Source: Pyrodictium abyssi (GTDB lineage: Archaea; Thermoproteota; Thermoprotei_A; Sulfolobales; Pyrodictiaceae). From it: a stretch of 32,000 bases of DNA. The position numbers and the translations under genes were made by a program. Where the stretch lies: assembly GCF_036323395.1 (NCBI RefSeq), contig NZ_AP028907.1, forward strand, positions 870,001-902,000, read 5' to 3'. The notes below the pieces were generated by a model. That model saw only the letters and a list, made by a program, of their open reading frames with translations. It did no database searches and had not been told where the DNA came from. Positions within the stretch are counted from its first letter, which is position 1. Each line of letters starts with the position of its first letter. Positions 1 through 8,019 of the stretch are shown one piece after another.

Positions 1-267
1 TACCACACCGCTTGCCATGGCAAGTAGGTAGTCGGCGAGTTTCTCCGGATCAGTCTTGATTGAAGGTAGGTATACCTCTACGTTGTTTACTAGCACTATG
101 GGCTCGAAGGAGTCTTCGATGTCCAGTGCTGGCACCGTTACCTCGGTGTAGTCCACGACAATGCCAAGATCCCTTAGCGTATCTACTACTGCTCTCGCGT
201 TCTCCCTTACTCCATGGCTTATTGGACCATATCCATGTATTACTGTTATCTCGAGCACGGGCTGCAC
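1..267 (-). CDS. Conserved hypothetical protein, partial (C-terminus beyond the window edge)
   Basis: Reverse strand is open from a GTG at 267 to the window edge, reading VQPVLEITVIHGYGPISHGVRENARAVVDTLRDLGIVVDYTEVTVPALDIEDSFEPIVLVNNVEVYLPSIKTDPEKLADYLLAMASGVV. It is not in the ORF track because it is truncated. Confidence 0.6.
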   Translation of the reverse strand, partial: MQPVLEITVIHGYGPISHGVRENARAVVDTLRDLGIVVDYTEVTVPALDIEDSFEPIVLVNNVEVYLPSIKTDPEKLADYLLAMASGVV

Positions 268-418
268 AGTGAGCCCCCGTCTCTTACCAGTCGCTGAGAT
301 GCGGGCTGGTTAGACTGGCGCCACAATAATACGCTAGCTGAATATAATATTATTATAGCTGTGATACTTGATATAAGCTGTCGCCGCGAGCTAAAAGGCT
401 ACACCGGGGGCAATAGCA

Positions 419-1531
419 GTGCAGGATGCACAGAAGCTCACCATAGATAAGAGGACGCTTAAACAGATAATAAAGGAGCTCAAGAAATGGAAAGCGCCCG
501 CCACAGTACTGCTAAGCCTCTACATACCACCGGGTAGGCCGATAAGCGACGTAGCTAGCCTTCTCCGCACCGAGTACTCCATAACAGATAACATAAAGCT
601 GAAGAGGACACGCGACGCTGTACAGCGTGCCCTATCAGCCGCAATGGATAGGCTGAGTAGGATTCAGAAGGTACCGCCAAACGGCCTAGTACTGTTCTGC
701 GGCGAGGACATGGAGACCAGGGACTTCATATGCCTGATGTTCTCGCCGCCGGAGCCTGTTCCAGTATTCTTCTACCGTACAGACAAGTGGTTCCACACAG
801 AGTTCCTCGAAGAGATGGTAGAGCACGAGGAAACATTCGGGCTGGTGATAGTAGAAAGGGACCAGGCCACTATAGGCCTGCTGAAGGGCAGCAGGATACA
901 GGTACTAGAGGAGCTGGAAGGCTATGTACCGGGTAAGCACCACAAGGGCGGCCAGAGCCAGAGGCGTTTCGACCGCCAGATAGAGCAGTTCGTTAAGGGC
1001 TTCTACCGCGAAGTAGCAGAGGCTATGAACAAGCACTTCCTGCCGCTTATCCAGAAGAATGTGCTGAAGGCCATCATACTCGGCGGGCCTGGCTACGCTA
1101 AGCAAGACTTCCTCGAGGATGCCAAGGACTTCCTAGACTACCGTGTACGCCAGAAAATAGCGAGGGAAACCATAGACGTGGCATACCAGGGCGAGGCGGG
1201 GCTCCGCGAACTAGTAATAAAGGCCTCCGAGATTATAGCCAAGAACAAGTATGCAGAGCTAGTAAAGGCCATTGAGGAGTTTAAGCTCCACCTAGCCAAG
1301 GATGATGGCCTCGCGGTCTACGGCGACAAGATGGTGAAGCAAGCCCTCCAGATGGGTGCGCTAAAAGTCATAATACTCGACGAGGAGCGTGACGATGCGG
1401 AGCTGCTGGCAGACGAGGCCAAGAAGTACGGCACCCAGGTATACTTCCTGAGCGGCGACATACCCGAGGCAGAATGGATACGAAAAACCTTCAAGGGCCT
1501 GGTAGGTATACTCCGCTTTAGGCTCTCATAA
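419..1531 (+). CDS. prf1: Peptide chain release factor 1, archaeal (aRF1)
   Basis: Contains KHHKGGQSQRRFDR (GGQ motif), an N-terminal EYSITDNIKLKRTRDAV segment at the NIKS position, and full-length aRF1-like architecture. GTG start. Confidence 0.95.
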   Translation: MQDAQKLTIDKRTLKQIIKELKKWKAPATVLLSLYIPPGRPISDVASLLRTEYSITDNIKLKRTRDAVQRALSAAMDRLSRIQKVPPNGLVLFCGEDMETRDFICLMFSPPEPVPVFFYRTDKWFHTEFLEEMVEHEETFGLVIVERDQATIGLLKGSRIQVLEELEGYVPGKHHKGGQSQRRFDRQIEQFVKGFYREVAEAMNKHFLPLIQKNVLKAIILGGPGYAKQDFLEDAKDFLDYRVRQKIARETIDVAYQGEAGLRELVIKASEIIAKNKYAELVKAIEEFKLHLAKDDGLAVYGDKMVKQALQMGALKVIILDEERDDAELLADEAKKYGTQVYFLSGDIPEAEWIRKTFKGLVGILRFRLS

Positions 1532-1766
1532 CCCTCACCTAGCACCTACAGCCATCCCGCTGCATACTACGATTCCCCGTCCCCGGGCTTTAGGGCGGGT
1601 ATTCTCTGTAAGGAAAGGCCTACGGGCGGCACAGAGCTATAGGGTAGGCACATCTCTACCATCTCTGGAGCTGCAGCCCCCGGGTCTCAGGCTCAAGTAC
1701 CGCGCCAGCCACCCCAGGCAAAGGATGCCCTAGGAACGAGACGACCAGGGGAAGAGGAGACCCTGC

Positions 1767-3017
1767 TTGGGGCGGCGTATACCTCCACAACTATGTGCTA
1801 GGTGTAAAGGCTACAAGAAGCTCTGCGGCCTCCCCGCATGCCCTATCCTAGAGAAGTTCCGGCTCCAAGCAGAGGCAGTCTCAAGGATACAGGGTGGGCG
1901 AGAAGTCGAAGGGGCTACACCTCCAAGCATAGTTGTTGGCGAGGCTGGCTATCCTCGTGTACCACTACTCTTCAACATACCTCCGGGCGCATATGGTGAC
2001 AGCGCACGCATCTACGATGCTCCGGAGATCTGGAGGGAGACCCGTCCCAGCCTCCGGGAGCTTCTCAGACTCCGGTCAAGCCTCGTGGCATCCATCACGC
2101 GGTTTGATGCGAGAAACCCATGGAGACTTTACGAGAAGGAGATATCGCTCGTAGCCGTCTCCGAGAGGTCTGTGGAGAGTCGGGCACTGCTAGCTAAGCC
2201 GCCGATACCGAGCCTCCGGTTCGATGGTATCCTGGCTCCTCAGGGCCCCACCGCGCCAGCCGAGAAAATAGAGGTGGAGGGGTCTCCTAAGCTTCCGAGG
2301 AGACTTGAGAAGCTGATATGGGATGACGCTAGGAGTACAGAGGCTATGCTAGAGCTCTACAAGAGCGGGGTCGATGTCTATCTTCTCATTCGGGCTCTAT
2401 CCCTGGGCTTGTTCGGTAGAATACGCAGCAGGAGGCTTGTGCCCACACGCTGGGCTATTACAGCTGTCGACCAAACTATATCCACTAGGCTACTCCACCA
2501 AGTGAGAACATGCGACACTATAGACCAGGTTGAGCTCTACCATGGAGGGTACCTGGGTAACTACTTCACAGTTATACTCGTGCCGGGCGGCTACGAGGCG
2601 GAGATGATAGAAGTGTGGCATCCGTTAACGCCCTGGACACGCTCTGCCGACAGGCCAGTAGTATTCTACATAGAGGAGCATCCTAGCCTCCGGATAGAGC
2701 CGCTGGACGGTGGCTACATAGCGGCTAGGCTTGCTGTAGCAGAGCATCTCTATAGACGTAGAAGACAAGCCAAAGTGATTATAGTGAGAGAGATAACGAA
2801 GGACTACTATGCTCCCATTGGCAACTGGCACATCCGGGAGACTATGAGGCGGATCCTATCAGCCGGACCTACAGCCGTATTCAGTGACCTCGATTCTGCA
2901 ATAGGCGCCGCCGCCAGGCTTGCCAAGTCACAAGAGGCCGCTGACGCGCTTAAACGGAGTAAGCTCGCACGCAGGTTCAAGACCTCTACGACGCTGGACA
3001 TGTTCCTTAAGAGGTGA
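1767..3017 (+). CDS. Nre-family (NreA/NreB) archaeal DNA repair protein
   Basis: N-terminal CARCKGYKKLCGLPACP zinc-finger-like motif followed by the characteristic SIVVGEAGYPRVPLL and GDSARIYDAPEIWRE segments. TTG start. C-terminus TTLDMFLKR resembles a PIP motif. Confidence 0.85.
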   Translation: MGRRIPPQLCARCKGYKKLCGLPACPILEKFRLQAEAVSRIQGGREVEGATPPSIVVGEAGYPRVPLLFNIPPGAYGDSARIYDAPEIWRETRPSLRELLRLRSSLVASITRFDARNPWRLYEKEISLVAVSERSVESRALLAKPPIPSLRFDGILAPQGPTAPAEKIEVEGSPKLPRRLEKLIWDDARSTEAMLELYKSGVDVYLLIRALSLGLFGRIRSRRLVPTRWAITAVDQTISTRLLHQVRTCDTIDQVELYHGGYLGNYFTVILVPGGYEAEMIEVWHPLTPWTRSADRPVVFYIEEHPSLRIEPLDGGYIAARLAVAEHLYRRRRQAKVIIVREITKDYYAPIGNWHIRETMRRILSAGPTAVFSDLDSAIGAAARLAKSQEAADALKRSKLARRFKTSTTLDMFLKR

Positions 3018-3086
3018 ATCCGATTCCTTTTAACGGGCTAGCTTGAAGAGGGAGCTAGCATTTAACCCTAGCACATTATACAGTAC

Positions 3087-3863
3087 GTGTCGGGTTGGGG
3101 GTGGACTGTGCCCCAGCTCTCTACGGGGCTCGTTATAGCTGGCGCGTACGCTGACAAGCTACGCCGTGTACTATTCGCCCAGCTCCGGAACGAGATAAAG
3201 AGCGGTAAGATTGACTCCAAACAAGTGGCTCGCCGTGCCGGCGAGATCAACCGGCTCCTCTTCGAGATACTCGTCAACAAGCTCAAGATAGACAAGGGTG
3301 ATGCCGTCAGGATACGTGTAGAGTACGAGATAAAAGATGGCGATATAGTCTGGAAGCTAAACACGCTGCGGATTGAAGCCTTCCGGAGGATACCCGACGA
3401 CGAAGTAGGGAGGGCCATACAAGAGGTTGTAGAGAAGGCTGAACATGTTCTTGCCAGGCCAGAGACCGAGGAAGAGCGTGCATGGACATCGATGACGGAA
3501 GCCGAGGTAGAACGAGAAATAAGGGCCGCAAAGAAGCCTATAGAACCACCAGTAAAGCTCAAAGAAGCGATAGTCTACGGCAAGACGAGGAGAGACGAGT
3601 ACCTCGCAATACTGAAGGATGACAACGACGAAAACGTCGGTCTTGCCATAATGGCTAGCGAGAATGGTAGAACACGTATCCTGGCAATACTAGTGCCGGG
3701 CAAGGAGGCTTACCGGGCTGAAGTATACGTAAACGCGGGGATAGACGAGCTAAACGACAATCCAAGCAAGATAGTGGAAGCTGTACAGGAAGCACGCTTC
3801 GAGAAGATAAGCCGCGAGGAGGCAGAGAGAATAATCCGAGAGAAGATGGAGGAGATGCTATAG
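3087..3863 (+). CDS. Crenarchaeal conserved protein, DUF2258-like
   Basis: Starts MSGWGWTVPQLSTGLVIAGAYADKLRRVLFAQL...; long ORF with a typical charged crenarchaeal composition. Family assignment is from memory of the N-terminal motif. Confidence 0.7.
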   Translation: MSGWGWTVPQLSTGLVIAGAYADKLRRVLFAQLRNEIKSGKIDSKQVARRAGEINRLLFEILVNKLKIDKGDAVRIRVEYEIKDGDIVWKLNTLRIEAFRRIPDDEVGRAIQEVVEKAEHVLARPETEEERAWTSMTEAEVEREIRAAKKPIEPPVKLKEAIVYGKTRRDEYLAILKDDNDENVGLAIMASENGRTRILAILVPGKEAYRAEVYVNAGIDELNDNPSKIVEAVQEARFEKISREEAERIIREKMEEML

Positions 3864-4010
3864 CCGCATTACTGGCCAGCCCAGGGTTTAACACGGTCTA
3901 GCTTGTTCGGCTCAGCGAGGTCTCCACACCACATAACCTGTTCGGCATAAATTGGCTTCATCACCGCCGACCCTTATAATGCAAGCGAACAGCCTACCCC
4001 CGGGAATACC

Positions 4011-4020
4011 CTTTTATACA
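4011..4020 (+). promoter_or_regulatory. Putative TATA box for the 4065-4307 ORF
   Basis: cttttataca upstream of the small ORF, with spacing suitable for a short leader. Confidence 0.4.
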
Positions 4021-4064
4021 TCTTGGCGGGGAGAGTATACTAGCTATACGGTGGATGCCCGGGC

Positions 4065-4307
4065 ATGGATAAGGCTGCACAGCCTATAGACGTAGAGGAT
4101 AAACAACGTGGAAACATAGCTCCAAGAACCAGTACCTCCTATAGCGATATACCTCTCGAGTCTATAAGTGATGCATGGATCCAGCGTGGCTACGTATACC
4201 TCCAGCTCGTCGACGGAAGGATACTTGCCGTTCCTGCGGACAAGCACGCAACCTCGCTATACTGGGAGGTCAAGATACGCAATCGTAGGAGAGCCTTCGG
4301 CCTCTAG
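4065..4307 (+). CDS. Small hypothetical protein (80 aa)
   Basis: ATG start about 45-50 nt downstream of a TATA-like sequence (cttttataca). Protein-like composition with a Trp/Tyr-rich C-terminal half. Confidence 0.5.
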   Translation: MDKAAQPIDVEDKQRGNIAPRTSTSYSDIPLESISDAWIQRGYVYLQLVDGRILAVPADKHATSLYWEVKIRNRRRAFGL

Positions 4308-4507
4308 CCACACGGCATACCCTAGCCCCACGCATGCATTTCACGCATGCCATTGCTGTATGCATTTTGGCCCTAGCTGGCTTACCTCTCTTTTCCTGTG
4401 TCTAGCTGCATTATCTTCTACAACAACTACGCCTGGCATAGCCTTAGCTGCTAGGCACATGAGGGCCATTCCATGTTACTAGCTTAATACTCTCAATGCA
4501 AGCGTTC

Positions 4508-4528
4508 ATTCCTGCTCTTTTCAGGAGA
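4508..4528. repeat. Inverted repeat ATTCCTG-N7-CAGGAAT
   Basis: Perfect 7-bp arms with a 7-nt spacer (attcctgctcttttcaggaat) in intergenic DNA. Confidence 0.6.
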
Positions 4529-4651
4529 ATAGAGTTGTGTATTGGCTATATTATTGGCTACTCTTGTCTGTTTGTATAAACTCGCATTTGAATCCAAGAT
4601 GTAATTGCAGTATGCAAATGTGCACCAATGCAAAGCTGAATAGTAGAGCCG

Positions 4652-4674
4652 GGTATTCCCGTGGCAAGAATACC
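4652..4674. repeat. Inverted repeat GGTATTC-N9-GAATACC
   Basis: Perfect 7-bp arms with a 9-nt spacer (ggtattcccgtggcaagaatacc) in the same intergenic region. Confidence 0.6.
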
Positions 4675-4729
4675 TATGTTCCAGGCGAAGCGTAGGGGTG
4701 GAAGCTATACATGGTATATAGTGCCGCGT

Positions 4730-5503
4730 CTATAATATTGCGCGCATGCATGCCGAGAGAGCATTCTTCACCTTCCTTGAGAGGCCTATTCGCATTCCGA
4801 GCCTGCGGTCGTTATACAGGTATACAAGGCCCTTTGTCTGAAGACTTCTAAGGACTCCAACAAGCCATACCCTATCTGCTTCAAGCTCCCTCTCGAGCTG
4901 GTCTAGGTACATGTACGTCATGTTCCATCGCCGGTAGTGTTCTAGTAGTAGTTCCAGTACATGCCGCTCATCATCGTCAATGTCTAGCTCCTCTAGCAGT
5001 GCTCTACTGCACGATGCGAGCAGCTGTTCTTGTGTTTTATTGTCAGCATTAATAGTTAAACTGACAATGAATGGCTGGGGTTCGCCTGATTGTTGGCTGG
5101 AGCGGAGGCCGTCCTTGTGTTTCATTGTCGGTGTAACATGTAGTGGTTTGTCTGAAACTATCTGGCGTGCTAGTGCTGCATACTGTGCGACTCTTGAGTT
5201 CATTTCACGCTCTAGGATGTTCCTCGCAAACTCCTCGCCTTCGGGTGTAAGCACCCAGAATCCGTTCTCGTACTCGAAGAGCCCCCGGGTTCTCCAGTAG
5301 CTTAGGTAGCTGCTCACATACCTGGTAGACTTCCCTAGTACCTGTGCTATCTCGGCAGCCCTCATTGGTCGGGCTAGGAGCAGGACGGCTATGGCTTCTA
5401 CGAGCCTGCTACGGGGTCCGCCTCTCTGCTTCTTGGCAGGCGTGCTGCCTGTATCCAGGAGCTCCGGTAGCGCCTCTAGCTCGTCGCTGCTGCGTCCTCT
5501 CAT
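4730..5503 (-). CDS. Two-winged-helix DNA-binding protein, WhiP (winged-helix initiator)-like
   Basis: N-terminal wHTH: IAVLLLARPMRAAEIAQVLGKSTRYVSSYLSYWRTRGLFEYENGFWVLTPEGEEFA. Second C-terminal wHTH: LELLLEHYRRWNMTYMYLDQLERELEADRVWLVGVLRSLQTKGLVYL. The wHTH call is firm; the WhiP relationship is inference. Confidence 0.75.
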   Translation of the reverse strand: MRGRSSDELEALPELLDTGSTPAKKQRGGPRSRLVEAIAVLLLARPMRAAEIAQVLGKSTRYVSSYLSYWRTRGLFEYENGFWVLTPEGEEFARNILEREMNSRVAQYAALARQIVSDKPLHVTPTMKHKDGLRSSQQSGEPQPFIVSLTINADNKTQEQLLASCSRALLEELDIDDDERHVLELLLEHYRRWNMTYMYLDQLERELEADRVWLVGVLRSLQTKGLVYLYNDRRLGMRIGLSRKVKNALSACMRAIL

Positions 5504-5605
5504 ATCCTGCCCCGGCTTAGAAATGGATGATGTGTATAGAAGCTCAGCCAGTAGGCTTAGTAATACCGAGCTGGGGTACTCGGTGTAGCAGTAGCTATCC
5601 TGGGT

Positions 5606-6490
5606 GTGCAGGAGGTGGCAGCTCCCACTAGCGAGGGGTTCGTAGCCATGGCGTTGAGGGTACTGGTGTCGGGGATACTGGAGTTTGACTCGGGGAAAAC
5701 ATGGAGCGTAATAGCGCTAGCCAGGAGCCTCTTGGAGCGTGGAGTACGAGTGGCCCTGTTTAAGCCGGTGGCCGGCCACAATATCTGGGGGTCTGCTAGA
5801 ACGCTCAGGATGAGCGCTGAACTGGGTATGCTCGTTGGAAACGATGTCTCAGCGTACATGAGGTATCTAGGCGGTATAGACCCGGGGGTATCTAACCCCG
5901 TAGCTCTAGCCTTAGCCTATCCGGACCCGCTCGCATTCCACGGTGTTTCTCAGTACCTATCAGCAACAGTCGATACGGCATCTATGCTTGTGCTCGCCCG
6001 CGTCCACGATTGCAGGGCACAGAGGACCCAGCATTACGTGTTTCCAGTGAATGTTTCAAGGCTCACTAGGGCTATGCGGCGGGAGGTAGAGCGGCTAGCA
6101 GAGAGGCTAGGCGCAGCCCCGGCGCATCCGGGCGAAACGCTGGAGTCGCTCTCCGGGCCGGGAGCCGAGTCTGTACTCGAGGGGTGTAGGGAAAGGCTTG
6201 AGGAGGACGCGGAAGTTCTCATAGTGGAATCGTTCAATAACGCGGTGGCTCCATACAATAGGATTGTTGATGTGGTTGACTTCTTCGTAGTTGTGGCTCC
6301 GGGGAGGCTAATGCTGTATAGTGGTGATAGGCTTAGAGCAGCATACGAGCTCCTGGGTAGCGTGAGTCGTGTAGACCGCATACTCCCTGTACTCTCCAAG
6401 CCTATTGCGACACTGGAGCTACCTATAGCCGAGAGCCCTATTGAACTAGCTGAGCATGTTGGACCAATAGTAGATGTTATAGCACCATAA
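5606..6490 (+). CDS. Predicted P-loop ATPase of the MinD/dethiobiotin-synthetase-like superfamily
   Basis: SGILEFDSGKTWSVIALARSLLERGVRVALFKPVAGHNIW resembles a P-loop (xxDSGKT) followed by a KPVxxG segment as in BioD/CobQ-type NTPases. The real start may be ATG 5648 rather than GTG 5606. Confidence 0.65.
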   Translation: MQEVAAPTSEGFVAMALRVLVSGILEFDSGKTWSVIALARSLLERGVRVALFKPVAGHNIWGSARTLRMSAELGMLVGNDVSAYMRYLGGIDPGVSNPVALALAYPDPLAFHGVSQYLSATVDTASMLVLARVHDCRAQRTQHYVFPVNVSRLTRAMRREVERLAERLGAAPAHPGETLESLSGPGAESVLEGCRERLEEDAEVLIVESFNNAVAPYNRIVDVVDFFVVVAPGRLMLYSGDRLRAAYELLGSVSRVDRILPVLSKPIATLELPIAESPIELAEHVGPIVDVIAP

Positions 6491-6492
6491 CC

Positions 6493-7317
6493 TTGACCCA
6501 TAACGTAGTAGGACGTTTCAGCAGACCCCTGGCTGCGGCCCATGTCTCAGGCTACCCAGCCATAAAGGGGTGGTTGCGAGTGGCAACGCGTCTACTGTTC
6601 CAGGAGGATAGCTACCTGAAAGAATTCAAGGCACTGGTCACGCGTGTTGACGGTAACAAGGTGTATCTCGATGCTACAGCGTTTCACCCGAGACCGAGCG
6701 GCGGCCTAGACGCGGACACAGGGAGACTCATAACGCCCGAGGGGTATGAACTGCGTGTAGTAGACACTATAGCAGAGAATGGCGAGGTAGCTCACATAGT
6801 AGAAGGGGATCTACAGCGGATAAGTGTGGGTACTCGTGTCCGTGGTGTGATAGACTGGAAACGGCGCTACCGGATGATGCAGCTCCACACGGCTAGCCAT
6901 GTTCTGGCTGCAATCCTCTACGAGCGGTATGGTGCACGTGTAACTGGTGGCCACATTTCACCGGATATGGCGCGCGACGATTTCGAGATAAATGTGGATG
7001 ACTGGAAGAAGGCGATAACGGAGGCAATAGAGGAGACGAACAATATACTAAAACGCTGTATAGAGGTTAAGATATACTGGCTTCCACGCGAAGAGGCTCT
7101 AAAGATACCTGGCATAGTCAAGCTCGCTGACAGGATACCACCGTCTATGGAGCAGCTACGCATAGTGGAGATACCGGGAGTTGACATCCAAGCTGATGGC
7201 GGCCCGCATGTGCGCAACACGTGCGAGATACCGGGGATAGTAGCTGTTAAGCTCCAGAGCAGAGGAAGGAGGAGAAAACGCGTCTACTACACACTAGCAG
7301 GTAGCAGTACCGACTAA
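6493..7317 (+). CDS. AlaX-type alanyl-tRNA editing protein (AlaRS second additional domain-like)
   Basis: HTASHVLAAILYERYGARVTGGHISPDMARDDFEI and IPGVDIQADGGPHVRNTCEIPGI correspond to the HxxxH and (C/D)GGxHV motifs of the AlaRS/AlaX editing domain. TTG start. Confidence 0.85.
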   Translation: MTHNVVGRFSRPLAAAHVSGYPAIKGWLRVATRLLFQEDSYLKEFKALVTRVDGNKVYLDATAFHPRPSGGLDADTGRLITPEGYELRVVDTIAENGEVAHIVEGDLQRISVGTRVRGVIDWKRRYRMMQLHTASHVLAAILYERYGARVTGGHISPDMARDDFEINVDDWKKAITEAIEETNNILKRCIEVKIYWLPREEALKIPGIVKLADRIPPSMEQLRIVEIPGVDIQADGGPHVRNTCEIPGIVAVKLQSRGRRRKRVYYTLAGSSTD

Positions 7318-7369
7318 AAGCCCAGGGGAAGGAGGGGGCAGAAAAGACTCCAGGCAAGGAACGCTAGAA

Positions 7370-7963
7370 CTAGAAGGCTAGCAGCGACGCTACAACTATC
7401 ATTACGAGCCAAACGACGGGATTCCTCTGCATTATCTTTGAGCCGTCTAGCGGGCTAAAGGGCAGCAGGTTGAAGAATGCTAGCCACGCGTTTATAGCGG
7501 AGAACCCCGCGAGGAATGCCGCTGTACTACTATAACCCAGCATGCTGGCGGCGATAGTAGAGGCTAGTGCCAGCACTATGTTCGAGGCGGGGCCAGCTGC
7601 GGCGACCAAGTCGTCTCTTGCAAAACCCCTACAGTATATAGCCACATAGCCTGGAGCGAGAATCGCAAAGGGAACATGCATGCTTCTGAGTATTCCGGAG
7701 AACAGTGTGAGCATTAATCCGAGCTGAGTCAACACAAAGCCTGCCACACAGCCCTGTCTACGTGCAACCTCTCTGTGCGCGAGCTCGTGTATGAAAAACC
7801 CTATGACAGCGCCGGCTAGGATGCCGCCGTAGTGGCTTATCGGCGATACAGCCACGTTTAGCAGGCCTACGCCGGCGAATCCAAAGGCTACTGAGAGCGC
7901 GCCTATTACTAAGGCCTTCCACTCGTCCATGTACATGGGCCTATCACTGAGGGTCAATGCCAA
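7370..7963 (-). CDS. Site-2 protease (M50) family membrane metalloprotease
   Basis: HELAH (HExxH) in a transmembrane segment, GPASNIVLAL, and a C-terminal NLLPFSPLDGSKI (xxPLDG) motif. Confidence 0.8.
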   Translation of the reverse strand: MALTLSDRPMYMDEWKALVIGALSVAFGFAGVGLLNVAVSPISHYGGILAGAVIGFFIHELAHREVARRQGCVAGFVLTQLGLMLTLFSGILRSMHVPFAILAPGYVAIYCRGFARDDLVAAAGPASNIVLALASTIAASMLGYSSTAAFLAGFSAINAWLAFFNLLPFSPLDGSKIMQRNPVVWLVMIVVASLLAF

Positions 7964-8019
7964 GACGCGAGTACACCCCTACAGGTTCAGATGTGTCTCT
8001 AAAGTCTCCGGCCCTAGGG

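Noticed and set aside
1532-1766. GC-rich gap with ctgtaaggaaaggcc and cacagagc, suggestive of RNase P RNA conserved regions
   Set aside because: The GAGGAAAGUC-type and ACAGANRA-type elements are not correctly formed or spaced, and no overall P RNA helix layout is visible.
4575-4610. Reverse-strand ttggattcaaatgcgag, resembling a tRNA T-arm (GGTTCAAATCC)
   Set aside because: The flanking bases do not form the T-stem, and no acceptor stem, D-arm or anticodon arm can be built around it.
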